Virus record (IMG/VR): IMGVR_UViG_3300013121_000025
Coordinates: 64,001 to 128,000 of that record
Source: a virus
Taxonomy: Duplodnaviria; Caudoviricetes
Reading direction: 5' to 3' (one strand)
Length of the DNA stretch: 64,000 bases
The notes under the pieces are model-generated. The model searched no databases and was not told the origin of the DNA. It saw nothing but the letters and a program-made list of their open reading frames with translations. This document shows positions 53,547 to 63,795 of the stretch, one piece after another. Numbering within the stretch: the stretch's first letter is position 1; every line of letters starts with the position of its first letter. The translations under genes and the position numbers were made by a program.

Positions 53547-56500
53547 GTGAGAAATAAATTTAAAGGTGAAATTGAACTTACAATACGTAATATTGATGAC
53601 AATAGCATCGTGAGTTCTGAAACAATTTACAATGTGTGCACAGATGTTTTAGATTTATTGGTATACAATCCAAAACATTCGTCATTGTCAATAGGGTTAT
53701 CAAACGAATCATACAATCCTTCAACAGGAGCTGGTGTTGGTGGAGTATTCGTACACACTTCTCCACTTCCGTTTACAAACGGAAAAACATGGATAACAAA
53801 ACCTCTCGATGGCTCAACAGCATTAAACTACGCGTCATTATACGGTCGTACATCGAATAGTGAATATGTCGATACTATTCAACGTAAAGTTGGTCCTCTC
53901 ACGATTAAATCTATTGGTTTATATGGGGTGGTTGCACCTCAAACGAGCGATACTAGAAACATTAAAAATGTTCTGTATGCATATAGAACATTAACAAATG
54001 CAGTCGAAGTATCCTCTTCACAAATAGTAGATATTAGATACAGAATTTATCTTCCTGTATCTTATACAGGTGCAAATATTAGTGAGTCGTTAGCCGAAGC
54101 ATTATTTCCAACATTATGGAAGCAAGGAACGACTAGTTTATTGTCAGCAACGTTGACCCCTTTTTATTGGGAAGATGCAACAACATTACGATACAAAGGA
54201 AACGTGTTCGGAAATGTATGCAGTATAAATTCTATCCAAGGTTCAGCTATTTCAAAAGTATCACTAAGTTTATTAGCAAACGTTAATACCACTGGAATTG
54301 GTCAAGCGTTTAGAACTTCAGCAGTTAATATGAAGTACAACAGTGCATATGTACCAATGATGAGTAATCCGCTCCATACAACAGGGGCAGAGTTAGTTTC
54401 ATGCATATATGCAAAGAAAAATACTTCATTAACTCCATTTACCGCACGTCCTGAATCTATTTGGATGGACGGAACATCTATGGTAGGAACAGTTACTCCG
54501 ATTGTGGATGAAGCAGCATATGACGCTTCATATGGTCTTGATCAATTACCGAGAATTGTAAGATTAATAGTAACAAATCCATCTGGAAATTACAAATATC
54601 ATTTTAAAACAAGACCATTTATTTCTTTTAATGGTAATACATATAAAGAGGATCCAATAACTCTTGGTTTCACAAATAATTATCTTACAGCGTTTAGTGA
54701 AGATGTAGTAGATCAATCAACAATTCCATCTTTTACGATTGGAACTCCATCAGCAGCGTTACGAACATCACTTACTGATGTTGTAGTACAAAAAATAAGT
54801 AACAAATATGCAATTTCATTAAATCAAAATGAATTTGCAATACATGACGTAATTAAAAATGATGTGTATCCTGTTAATATGTATACAACAAATACAGATG
54901 TTACACATTCATTCGCAAATATAAGTAAACAGCGTACTGTTGATACTGTTAATATATTGAGTAATAAAATAGAATGTACATCTCATGATTATTCCAATGG
55001 TGATACATTATGGTTTGATTCTGATGACACAATGCCAGGCGGTATTTCAAAACGTACAACATATTATGTAATTAATGCTACTGCTAATGATTTCCAAATA
55101 TCCACCTCTTCTGGTGGCACAGCAGTGACAATTACAAGTGAAGGGGCTGGTACAATTACTTTCCAAGCAACACACTCTTTTGTCCAAGCAACAGAAATGT
55201 TTACAGCGACAATTGTCAACGAAGGAATTTCAACACCGACAGAAATGTTTTTAATAGCTGACAAGTCAACCACAGTTGGTGGATTATATGCTGTTATTAT
55301 TGATGATGTTACATCAATTAAAATCGTTCCTATTACAACAGGAGGAAGTCCTGCATCCTTCCCTAACGATGGCGTAAGACCAATTCATGGTGTTTATATT
55401 ACTGTTGATACATCAATCCCAACTAGTCCATATAGTCCTTCAAGAAGTATTTGGGTTGCATATCGTGATGGTTTGACAACAGACGGTGGATTCTTAGTTA
55501 CAGCTGATGTTGATTCTTCTCCAGCATTAGATTTGTCAGATGAGTTAACATGGGATAGTACAACTTATACTACAGTAACTGTAAGCAACAACGTAAAAAC
55601 ATCATTAGGTGGCACTACTCCTACTCGTACATGGGCAAATTTACATTCTATTAAAGTTTCTCCAAATCAAAACTATGTAGCATTTTTGAATGCTAATACT
55701 GCACAAATTACAGCTGGAGATAATTATTACAATCACCGTACATATTCTTTTAATACGAGCACAAGTGCAGTTACAATGGCTGGTTCAAAATGCACAACAG
55801 GAGTTGTCGGAAGTTATGATATAACTAATAGTTATGTTCTTTCTACAACTGATTTTGCAGGTGATATTGGATCTGTTAAACGTATGACGCATGGTACCTC
55901 AACTATTACTTCTACAGCTTCTATCGGAACTGATAGTAATTTAGTGTTATTGAGAGGCGAAACAGAAGATTATGTTTTAAATAGAACAGGATATGTAAAA
56001 GTATCAGATTTAACTGTGTCATCTTTTGCGACTGTTAATGGTAACTGGAGTTCAACAGGCACTTCTATGTGCAAAACAGCATATCTTGGTAATGGACTCA
56101 TATTTACAATGACCTCTACGTCAACGTTGCTTTCTGTAATTCCTAACCCTAATACTGCATCTTCTAACCATGGTGCAACTGGTGCAACATTAGCAGAAGG
56201 AGTATTTGAGGAATTTGTTTGGACAACATATGCATACGATGGAAGCGATTGGTATGTAACATCATTAAACGAACCTGCTACGGCAAACAAGAAGTTTTTA
56301 TCCGCTCCATCTCATGATCTTATTGATGGTATATCAGTAACATTTGATCAATTTGGTACAACACCGACAAACTATCTTGCCACAGGTGGTAGATATTATG
56401 ACATTTATGTATGTCCAGGTGTAATTCGTGACGATTTAACAGATATTTCTATCGAGCAACCAGTTTATAACTTTACAACTGAATATGTTGATACATTTAG

Positions 56501-57629
56501 TGATGAATATGCTGTTGCAATTTCTCAAGTACCACTAAGTGGTAATATGAAATTCCATGATAAAACTGTTGGATCTAGAATGACAATTCAAAATAGTTTA
56601 AGTTCTGGTTATCAAATTGCAGGAGCATATGGAAATTCTGTGAGTGGGGCAATTGAACCAAATGTAGTAATAAGTGATGTTCCGTTTCCTGCTACAACAA
56701 CTGCTACTAATTATGGAGTCGCGTGTACAGTAAATGCTAACAGTATTACTGCTACAGGTCATCATTTTGAAGAAGGGGATCCAGTATATTTCACCTCCAC
56801 AGATATTAACGTTGAAACAGGATTAGTAGCAGGAACTGTGTATTATGCTAAGAATGTAGCCTCTTCACCAATGACATTATCTGCTACTGCGAATGGCCCA
56901 GCGTTGTCCTATTCTGCAAGCACTGTGTCAGGTAGTGTTTTACGTGGATTATATCAAACATTGAAATTTAAAACCGTGTCTCCAGTTATTAATATTATAC
57001 CAATGACAGGTATTGCGACAGCAGCTATTGCCACTTTGAATGTAGCTGTCACAGCATCAAATAAATGGACCATGACTGGATGGGTTGTTAATGCTTCAAG
57101 TACTGATGATTATGATTTAGATAATGATATTATTTTTGTTCGTAGAAATACATTAACTAATAAATTAGAAGCAGGAGTAATCCAATCTTCTGGTGTTCCA
57201 CAAATGCTTGCTTATACGACAGGAACTGCAGGAACAGTCACAAGTGAATTGTTCATATCAGTATTCAATTCTTGTGGAGTTTATGATCAAACATTAAAAT
57301 TACCAATGTTCAGATATCCTGTTGTTCATGTTGGTAATGAAGCATTCTCGCAAGGGGTGTTTGATCCTTTATTCAGAAGTGTTGAAGATTTAACAGCATC
57401 GACAGAGCGTGAAACTACAAATGGTCCTACAATATCATTCACAACACTTCCTCATACAATCGTATTAGATGGTAATACATTAACAACAAGTTCGATAAAC
57501 AGAAGATGTTTAACATTACCAACAGCTGCAAATACTGTTAGTATTGCATCAGGATCAGGATTGTTGATTTTCCATCCAAATAATGAAGGTGATTCATTAA
57601 CTGTAAATATATTATGTCTAAAGAAGTGA
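53547..57629 (+). CDS. Large tail fibre/baseplate-associated protein, paralog A
   Basis: 1360 aa, Thr/Ser-rich beta protein; GTG start with GGAG RBS; CATAAATA at 53517-53524. Confidence 0.6.
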   Translation: MRNKFKGEIELTIRNIDDNSIVSSETIYNVCTDVLDLLVYNPKHSSLSIGLSNESYNPSTGAGVGGVFVHTSPLPFTNGKTWITKPLDGSTALNYASLYGRTSNSEYVDTIQRKVGPLTIKSIGLYGVVAPQTSDTRNIKNVLYAYRTLTNAVEVSSSQIVDIRYRIYLPVSYTGANISESLAEALFPTLWKQGTTSLLSATLTPFYWEDATTLRYKGNVFGNVCSINSIQGSAISKVSLSLLANVNTTGIGQAFRTSAVNMKYNSAYVPMMSNPLHTTGAELVSCIYAKKNTSLTPFTARPESIWMDGTSMVGTVTPIVDEAAYDASYGLDQLPRIVRLIVTNPSGNYKYHFKTRPFISFNGNTYKEDPITLGFTNNYLTAFSEDVVDQSTIPSFTIGTPSAALRTSLTDVVVQKISNKYAISLNQNEFAIHDVIKNDVYPVNMYTTNTDVTHSFANISKQRTVDTVNILSNKIECTSHDYSNGDTLWFDSDDTMPGGISKRTTYYVINATANDFQISTSSGGTAVTITSEGAGTITFQATHSFVQATEMFTATIVNEGISTPTEMFLIADKSTTVGGLYAVIIDDVTSIKIVPITTGGSPASFPNDGVRPIHGVYITVDTSIPTSPYSPSRSIWVAYRDGLTTDGGFLVTADVDSSPALDLSDELTWDSTTYTTVTVSNNVKTSLGGTTPTRTWANLHSIKVSPNQNYVAFLNANTAQITAGDNYYNHRTYSFNTSTSAVTMAGSKCTTGVVGSYDITNSYVLSTTDFAGDIGSVKRMTHGTSTITSTASIGTDSNLVLLRGETEDYVLNRTGYVKVSDLTVSSFATVNGNWSSTGTSMCKTAYLGNGLIFTMTSTSTLLSVIPNPNTASSNHGATGATLAEGVFEEFVWTTYAYDGSDWYVTSLNEPATANKKFLSAPSHDLIDGISVTFDQFGTTPTNYLATGGRYYDIYVCPGVIRDDLTDISIEQPVYNFTTEYVDTFSDEYAVAISQVPLSGNMKFHDKTVGSRMTIQNSLSSGYQIAGAYGNSVSGAIEPNVVISDVPFPATTTATNYGVACTVNANSITATGHHFEEGDPVYFTSTDINVETGLVAGTVYYAKNVASSPMTLSATANGPALSYSASTVSGSVLRGLYQTLKFKTVSPVINIIPMTGIATAAIATLNVAVTASNKWTMTGWVVNASSTDDYDLDNDIIFVRRNTLTNKLEAGVIQSSGVPQMLAYTTGTAGTVTSELFISVFNSCGVYDQTLKLPMFRYPVVHVGNEAFSQGVFDPLFRSVEDLTASTERETTNGPTISFTTLPHTIVLDGNTLTTSSINRRCLTLPTAANTVSIASGSGLLIFHPNNEGDSLTVNILCLKK

Positions 57630-57635
57630 TAACGC

Positions 57636-60600
57636 ATGAATATTAAATTCAAAGGTGAAGTACAAGTTGATATTTTCGAAGAGAAAAACAATGAAAGAGT
57701 GTTAGTTGACAGTAAAGTATATTATAACACTTGTACAGAGTCATTATTAACAATGTGGTTCACAATGACTCTGTATAATTTATTTGATGCAGAGATTGCT
57801 CTTTCGACTGAAAAAATTAAAAGCGGACAAAAAGGCTTTACGTATTTAAAATATGTCAACGAAGCAGTTAGTGGAGGTAGTGGAGTAGGAGCTAACCCAG
57901 CTATTTTAAGTCAACTTGGAATTGATAACACTGGTACGCAGGTATCAGGGTTTCCTGTTGTAGTAGGAGATGAATATATAAGTTTCAAAACTATATTCAC
58001 TGCTCCTACTGTTCAACGTACTATCCAAAATATATTGTTGATTAATAAAAATACTTTTACAGACATAAATGGATTTAAAGTATATGCGTATCTTGATCTT
58101 ATCACACCGTGTTATCAAAATCCAGGACAGCAAGTTCAAGTAACTTATAATATATACTTTCCGACTTCTATTCCAGCTGGTAATTATAACGAACGGTTGA
58201 TTTCAACTGCTATTAAAAATCATACTAGTAATGTGTACAGAAAACGTAAATCGGGATCACAAGTATATGAGATTGGGCACACATTAAACATGGTTTCTCA
58301 ATTCCAGAAGCCATTTAGTGAACGTAGATTATTTTCAGAACAAAATACAAATTGCACTCAATCACCGACAGGAAAATATTTTCCTGCTTCGTACGTTGAT
58401 AATAATGTAACATATGTAGAACCGATGGAAACTCCTATCAGTCTCACGTTTAATGATCAAATTGGTAATTTTTATAGATCAGCACATATTCCAGCTGTGA
58501 CAAGTTATTCAAATCATATTCCGATGTTACAACAATTATATTACACTTCAACAGACGATGCTGTTAAGAGAGTTTTCCCAAAGACAAATGCGTCAACTCT
58601 TCCATTTATTGATCCTGAATCAGTATTAACAACACCGACTATGACAGCAACTTCAGATAATACATTTAATGCTGCTGATCCTTATAGTTTTCCACAAATT
58701 TATAAAGTGGAGATGTATAATGATGGATATAATTTTAAACAACGTAAAACTACAGGATTGATTGAAAATACATATAAAGAACGGGCAATTGCATTAAATT
58801 ACCCATCTGCAATAATGAATGCTAGTACGCCAGTACCAGATCCACAACAATATATGTGGTATGAAACAAATTATTTAACAGATCAATCAAAACAATTTGT
58901 ATTTGATCAAAACGCAACAAAGATTTATAGATTAAGCGATACAAAAGTATTGTTTCTAAAATCATCTGAAATGATGGTGTATGATGTAGTGGAAGACGAT
59001 GCAATAATGATTAATTATTATTGCAGTAATGTTACAGGAATTGGTTTAACACATGAATTTCGTCAAGCAACTCCTATTTTCGAATCGGCAGCATCTCCAC
59101 AAGGAACAATGACATTCCTTGTGGCTGACAAGTCTACAACAACAGGTGGCTTATATGTTGTTGATATTTCTGATATAGAAGATATAACAGTGACTAAAAT
59201 TACATCTGTTCCTGAATTAGATAATCCTATCCATGGTGTATATCTTCGTAACGATGTTGTTTATGTTGCATACCGCACAGATACGTCAGCTAATGGTGGA
59301 TTAATTAAAAGTACATCTGTCGGACCGTTATGGGATCCAAACGATTCTTTAAGTTGGGACACAAGTATTAACTTAGGTGGTACAAACGCAAGTATTCAAG
59401 GCGCGATTACGTCATGGGCAAATGTAAACACGATAAAAGTTTCAGAGAATGAAGATTTTATTGCATTTAGATCATCAGCTCATAATAATGTGTATGTATA
59501 TGATATTTCTCTTGCAACTACTACTAATAAAGGAGCCTTAGCTTCTGGTGGTGCAGTTAATAATACTAAGTATGGAGTCGAACATTATTACGATGTAACT
59601 GATACATATGTTTATTACATTACAGGAAGTGCTTCAGGTAAAGCAGACACTCTTAAACGTGTAGAATTATCGGGGGCAACGGCTGAAACAGTTTTGTTAG
59701 GAACAGACGTTAACACAAACATACTTACAACTGTTAAAATCAATAGTGATTATTATGTATTAAGTTCTTATAGAACAAGTTATGTCGAAGGAACGCCCCC
59801 AAGTCAAGTAACATACTATGATAATAATATTATTGCTGTTAATGTAAATTCAGGTTCACCATTAACCACAGATGATATAATTTCAGTTTCAACTAACAGC
59901 AGTGTATGGTATGAATTGAAAAATAGACAGGACATGTTTAAACATTCGACCCTTAATAGATTCGAATCGAATTCATTAATGTCAAATTTCCCAGTATATC
60001 TCGGAAATGGTTTAATATGTTCAATTAATCATGTTTACTATGGTACATTAGGTAGTACTATTAATGCAACAACGTTTGTTGTATCATATCTTCCATCGCC
60101 AAGCGAAGATCCAATGCATGGAATATTTGAAACAGAAATGTGGGATGAGTACGGGTGGAACAGCGGTTGGGTATTAGATGATCCTAATCATAAAACAATT
60201 CATGCGACTTCAGAAGAATTAATTAATGGGATATATGTATCCTTCCCGGAGGACGCAGGAGATTATGTTCCTGGTGTAGATGGAAAATATTATTTGATTT
60301 ATGCCTGTGACGGTATATTTAAATTTAACCACCATAAAGTAACAATTCCACCACCGAGAGTAATGTTATCTTCTGAGAATACTTATTCAACGACTACAAC
60401 TATTCCATCAACTAATACATTTGTTGTTCGTGATTTAGAAGTTGGTTCTATTAGAACACGACCTTCAGCACCCAATACTACATGGTACAGAGATGGTAAA
60501 GGTACAGCAAACCCTGATACGTACATATGCGACATTCCGTTTGCTAATTACGGAGCTCCAACCGTTACATTTGATAATAGTAACAGTAGATTATTATGCA

Positions 60601-61484
60601 CGGGACATCAATTTGAAGATCGTGATATCGTTAGAATTGTGTTAGGAACTGGAGCAACAATTCCAACAGGATTGAACACAACAACTGATTATTATATTCG
60701 TGTAATTGACGATAATTATATTACATTGACTACAAGTCAAGGCACATTAGTTACGTTTACTACCAATGGATCTGGAACTATTAGTCTACAACCGAAATAC
60801 ATGACTTTGACTTGTAAACCATATGCTGATGTATTATCATTTAGTACTCCTACATATTATGGTTTATCATTATCAACATTATATTGTTTGATAACTACTG
60901 ATAAAAATACAGATAGATGGACCACTCAGATACAAGTTGGAGGAGATCCTACTATTCCAGCCCCTGTAATTTCTTCAGTACAAAATTTAAAAGATGAAGG
61001 AGGAAACACGCTTTCGTTGTTTAAGTTTAAATATAACATATTTACATCACAATTAGAGATTTATATTGTGAATGATTCAAGAGTAAGTGAAGCAAATCAA
61101 GTGGAAGTATTAGTAAGAACTATATCAATGCTCAGTTCACAATATTTAAAGATCGAAAACGGTGGTGTGTATGATATGCGATTAACTATACCACATGTAT
61201 CATCACATATTATTGTACCTGTTGGTGATTCGAATTTATTAACTGGTTTTTATAATGAAAACTTCTTTAAAGTAACTACATGGAAATATACTGATAACTA
61301 TATTAATATTGAACAACCTTCATCTCCACCAGAATTTTATCCATCAAATTTCTTATCGAGCACAGGCCCGTCTACATCCGTAACTTCAGCATATGTTGCT
61401 GCTGGTACAGGGTTAATATTCTTTAGTCTTGCTGATGCTGGTAAGGACGTTGAGATAAATTTAAATTGGGTGGAGACCTTTTGA
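57636..61484 (+). CDS. Large tail fibre/baseplate-associated protein, paralog B
   Basis: 1282 aa; shares KFKGE, ADKSTTxGGLY, PIHGVY, YLGNGLI and GxGLxxF blocks with upstream gene. Confidence 0.6.
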   Translation: MNIKFKGEVQVDIFEEKNNERVLVDSKVYYNTCTESLLTMWFTMTLYNLFDAEIALSTEKIKSGQKGFTYLKYVNEAVSGGSGVGANPAILSQLGIDNTGTQVSGFPVVVGDEYISFKTIFTAPTVQRTIQNILLINKNTFTDINGFKVYAYLDLITPCYQNPGQQVQVTYNIYFPTSIPAGNYNERLISTAIKNHTSNVYRKRKSGSQVYEIGHTLNMVSQFQKPFSERRLFSEQNTNCTQSPTGKYFPASYVDNNVTYVEPMETPISLTFNDQIGNFYRSAHIPAVTSYSNHIPMLQQLYYTSTDDAVKRVFPKTNASTLPFIDPESVLTTPTMTATSDNTFNAADPYSFPQIYKVEMYNDGYNFKQRKTTGLIENTYKERAIALNYPSAIMNASTPVPDPQQYMWYETNYLTDQSKQFVFDQNATKIYRLSDTKVLFLKSSEMMVYDVVEDDAIMINYYCSNVTGIGLTHEFRQATPIFESAASPQGTMTFLVADKSTTTGGLYVVDISDIEDITVTKITSVPELDNPIHGVYLRNDVVYVAYRTDTSANGGLIKSTSVGPLWDPNDSLSWDTSINLGGTNASIQGAITSWANVNTIKVSENEDFIAFRSSAHNNVYVYDISLATTTNKGALASGGAVNNTKYGVEHYYDVTDTYVYYITGSASGKADTLKRVELSGATAETVLLGTDVNTNILTTVKINSDYYVLSSYRTSYVEGTPPSQVTYYDNNIIAVNVNSGSPLTTDDIISVSTNSSVWYELKNRQDMFKHSTLNRFESNSLMSNFPVYLGNGLICSINHVYYGTLGSTINATTFVVSYLPSPSEDPMHGIFETEMWDEYGWNSGWVLDDPNHKTIHATSEELINGIYVSFPEDAGDYVPGVDGKYYLIYACDGIFKFNHHKVTIPPPRVMLSSENTYSTTTTIPSTNTFVVRDLEVGSIRTRPSAPNTTWYRDGKGTANPDTYICDIPFANYGAPTVTFDNSNSRLLCTGHQFEDRDIVRIVLGTGATIPTGLNTTTDYYIRVIDDNYITLTTSQGTLVTFTTNGSGTISLQPKYMTLTCKPYADVLSFSTPTYYGLSLSTLYCLITTDKNTDRWTTQIQVGGDPTIPAPVISSVQNLKDEGGNTLSLFKFKYNIFTSQLEIYIVNDSRVSEANQVEVLVRTISMLSSQYLKIENGGVYDMRLTIPHVSSHIIVPVGDSNLLTGFYNENFFKVTTWKYTDNYINIEQPSSPPEFYPSNFLSSTGPSTSVTSAYVAAGTGLIFFSLADAGKDVEINLNWVETF

Positions 61485-61515
61485 GTAAATATAATATCAG
61501 TGGAGTAAAATAGTC

Positions 61516-61740
61516 ATGAGTGAGTATAAGACATCTGATATTGTTTTAGCAGCCTCCCTTAAAATCAAAGGTTACGATTTGTCGAGAATCGATTTAGATG
61601 GGAACAAAGGGATATTTGTGTTTAACGATGTCGATCAAACATTTTTGTTAGATTTCGACTTAGGTAAAATAACTGTTGAGCCTGTATCTTTTAATAATAC
61701 AATTAGACAATTAACAACGAGTGTTAGACGATTAATATGA
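61516..61740 (+). CDS. Small hypothetical protein (DUF5659-like)
   Basis: YKTSDIVLAASLKIKGY...GIFVF...VEPVSF; GGAG RBS; AGTAAATA at 61484-61491. Confidence 0.6.
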   Translation: MSEYKTSDIVLAASLKIKGYDLSRIDLDGNKGIFVFNDVDQTFLLDFDLGKITVEPVSFNNTIRQLTTSVRRLI

Positions 61741-62738
61741 AAATTAATAAGACATACAATGATAAACCTAGTGTTACCGTATCAGGTCATGTTACAGCAC
61801 ATGACGATTTAGGTAATCTCTTGTTAGATGACCACAATGACATTCATCCAAGAAACTTCGCACGAATTTTCGCAAGAGCATTAGCCGGGGAACAAAATTC
61901 TTCTGTATATAGAATGGCTTTTGGTAATGGTGGCACTACTACAGATGCATTGTATACTATTACATACAAAACTCCTAACACTGGCGAAGATCCTGATACA
62001 ACACGTTGGGCATCAAGATTGTATAACGAAATTTATAGTAAGACAATTTCAGATATTTCAAGCATGGTTAATTCATCCAACCCACTTGAATCCAAAGTTG
62101 TCATTACAGTTACATTAGAAAATGATGAACCTCGTTCACAGTCACAAACAGATAACTTACCTCCGTCACAAATTCCATCAGAACCTGTAGTTATTGATGA
62201 GATTGGATTATATACATCTGGTGCACCAAATTTAGCTACTAATGGCACATTACAAATTAATTTTAACACTCCGACATTAACAGAAGATGATGTAATTGTT
62301 GGAGTCACATCATTGGCAAATTCATTTGATGTTAATGTAGACTCTGAAACACCGTCATTTATTACAGTAACAGCTACAATTGTTGGTCCAGTAACAATAA
62401 CCTATGGTAATTTAATTGATGAATTGAATAATCAATTTACTAATAACGAATTACCTATTACTGCTTCATTTGAGAACGGTAGTATTATTTTAACAAATAA
62501 TACATATGGTAGTACATCAATAATTGAAATAGATAATGATGAATTGTTTAATGTATTGCCTGCTTATATTGAAACATTGGATCCTGTTCCAGGTGAAGAT
62601 GCTGGAGTCGAAGACAATTCGAGCGATCAATCATTAGAACGTGAACGTTTATTGACTCATATTATATTTTCACCAATATTAAAATCATCAAACAGAACAA
62701 TTATTATTAATTATACATTGACTATAAGCGTCGAATAA
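61737..62738 (+). CDS. Baseplate/tail-fibre attachment protein
   Basis: VSGHV...HNDIH...MAFGNGGT...IDEIGLY...LLTHIIFSPILKSSNRTIIINYTL, fibre-collar-like fold with inserted module. Confidence 0.6.
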   Translation: MKINKTYNDKPSVTVSGHVTAHDDLGNLLLDDHNDIHPRNFARIFARALAGEQNSSVYRMAFGNGGTTTDALYTITYKTPNTGEDPDTTRWASRLYNEIYSKTISDISSMVNSSNPLESKVVITVTLENDEPRSQSQTDNLPPSQIPSEPVVIDEIGLYTSGAPNLATNGTLQINFNTPTLTEDDVIVGVTSLANSFDVNVDSETPSFITVTATIVGPVTITYGNLIDELNNQFTNNELPITASFENGSIILTNNTYGSTSIIEIDNDELFNVLPAYIETLDPVPGEDAGVEDNSSDQSLERERLLTHIIFSPILKSSNRTIIINYTLTISVE

Positions 62739-62757
62739 AGTATACTAATAATAAATA
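62718..62757 (+). promoter_or_regulatory. Tandem sigma70 (TTGACT-17-TATACT) and late (AATAAATA) promoters
   Basis: TTGACT 62718-62723, TATACT 62741-62746, AATAAATA 62750-62757. Confidence 0.6.
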
Positions 62758-62790
62758 GTCATAAGCACAATTGTAGTAGTGGGGGTGTTT

Positions 62791-63321
62791 ATGGAAGAAC
62801 GAATACCATATGAGCACGCTCGTGAACTCATTCAAAATGGTGATATAATTTTTATTCGTAATAAAGGATTATTTCATCATAAACTTATTACTTGGTTTAC
62901 TAAATCTGATCACATCCACGTTGGAATAGCATTTTGGGCTACATTTGAGTGCGGACCTCATTTAATGATATCTGAGGCAAATGGAGGAGCACAACGTCGT
63001 ATTGTTAATTTAAGTCACTATAAAGATCATTCTATGGATATTATTAAAGCTCCAAGACCATGGAACGAAATATCCTCGCGTGCTTTAGAAAGATTAGGGC
63101 AAGTACAATATAATTGGATTCAAGCAGGATATATTGGAGTAAGTGAACTATTTCAAAATACGTTCGGAATTAATATGCCTGATGTAGACATGCCTGGAGA
63201 GATTTGTTCAGAATTTGTTGCGAATGTTTTAGAATTACCATACAATCATATGAGTCCTGCAGCGTTATTTCGCCATCTTCATTATGATTTAAGTCACGAG
63301 ATAAGAGTTAGAACACAATAA
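62791..63321 (+). CDS. Permuted papain-like NlpC/P60 amidase (YiiX/YaeF, C92-like)
   Basis: IQNGDIIF...TKSDHIHVGI...ISEA...LGQVQYNW...ICSEFVA (His before Cys); ATG 62791 has GGGGG RBS. Confidence 0.85.
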   Translation: MEERIPYEHARELIQNGDIIFIRNKGLFHHKLITWFTKSDHIHVGIAFWATFECGPHLMISEANGGAQRRIVNLSHYKDHSMDIIKAPRPWNEISSRALERLGQVQYNWIQAGYIGVSELFQNTFGINMPDVDMPGEICSEFVANVLELPYNHMSPAALFRHLHYDLSHEIRVRTQ

Positions 63322-63347
63322 AAAAGGGCGCTCATAGCGCCCTTTTT
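63320..63347. terminator. Bidirectional rho-independent terminator between convergent genes
   Basis: AAAAAAGGGCGCT-cat-AGCGCCCTTTTT. Confidence 0.85.
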
Positions 63348-63358
63348 CTGCTTAGTTA

Positions 63359-63733
63359 TTAAGCACTATTTTGACCTGTTTGATCTACTAATGCTACTGC
63401 TAACCCACCACCAGCAATACCAAACTTAGGTTTGATAATTTGGCCAGACGGAGTAATCATTTTAACTAATTGATGGAAGTATACTAACGCATTCATTCCA
63501 TTTCCGAGAGTGATTTGTGACATTAAATCCCAAAGTTCGTAATTCTTAGAATTACGGTTGTTAATAATGTCAAACATTCTTGAAAGATCAATAGAATCAA
63601 GATCTTGTAATTTTACAAAGTAAATATTACCACGATGATCTTTTTTCATAATTGCACATTCAACGAAAAGACCGTTTTGGTTTAAATCAATCCATTCAAC
63701 GTGATTGTATTTTGATTTTTTTGTACTTACCAT
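63359..63733 (-). CDS. Hypothetical late protein
   Basis: 124 aa, AGGAG RBS, CCTAAATA at 63762-63769; HVEWIDL...YELWDLMSQITLGNGMNALVYFHQLVK. Confidence 0.7.
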   Translation of the reverse strand: MVSTKKSKYNHVEWIDLNQNGLFVECAIMKKDHRGNIYFVKLQDLDSIDLSRMFDIINNRNSKNYELWDLMSQITLGNGMNALVYFHQLVKMITPSGQIIKPKFGIAGGGLAVALVDQTGQNSA

Positions 63734-63795
63734 GATATAATCTCCTAATATGGTATAAAACTATTTAGGATATAAAAAAATAAGGATACCAATAG

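Noticed and set aside
2883-62308. Numerous 60-150 aa ORFs nested in or antisense to large genes
   Set aside because: No RBS, promoter or motifs; expected shadow frames of codon-biased genes
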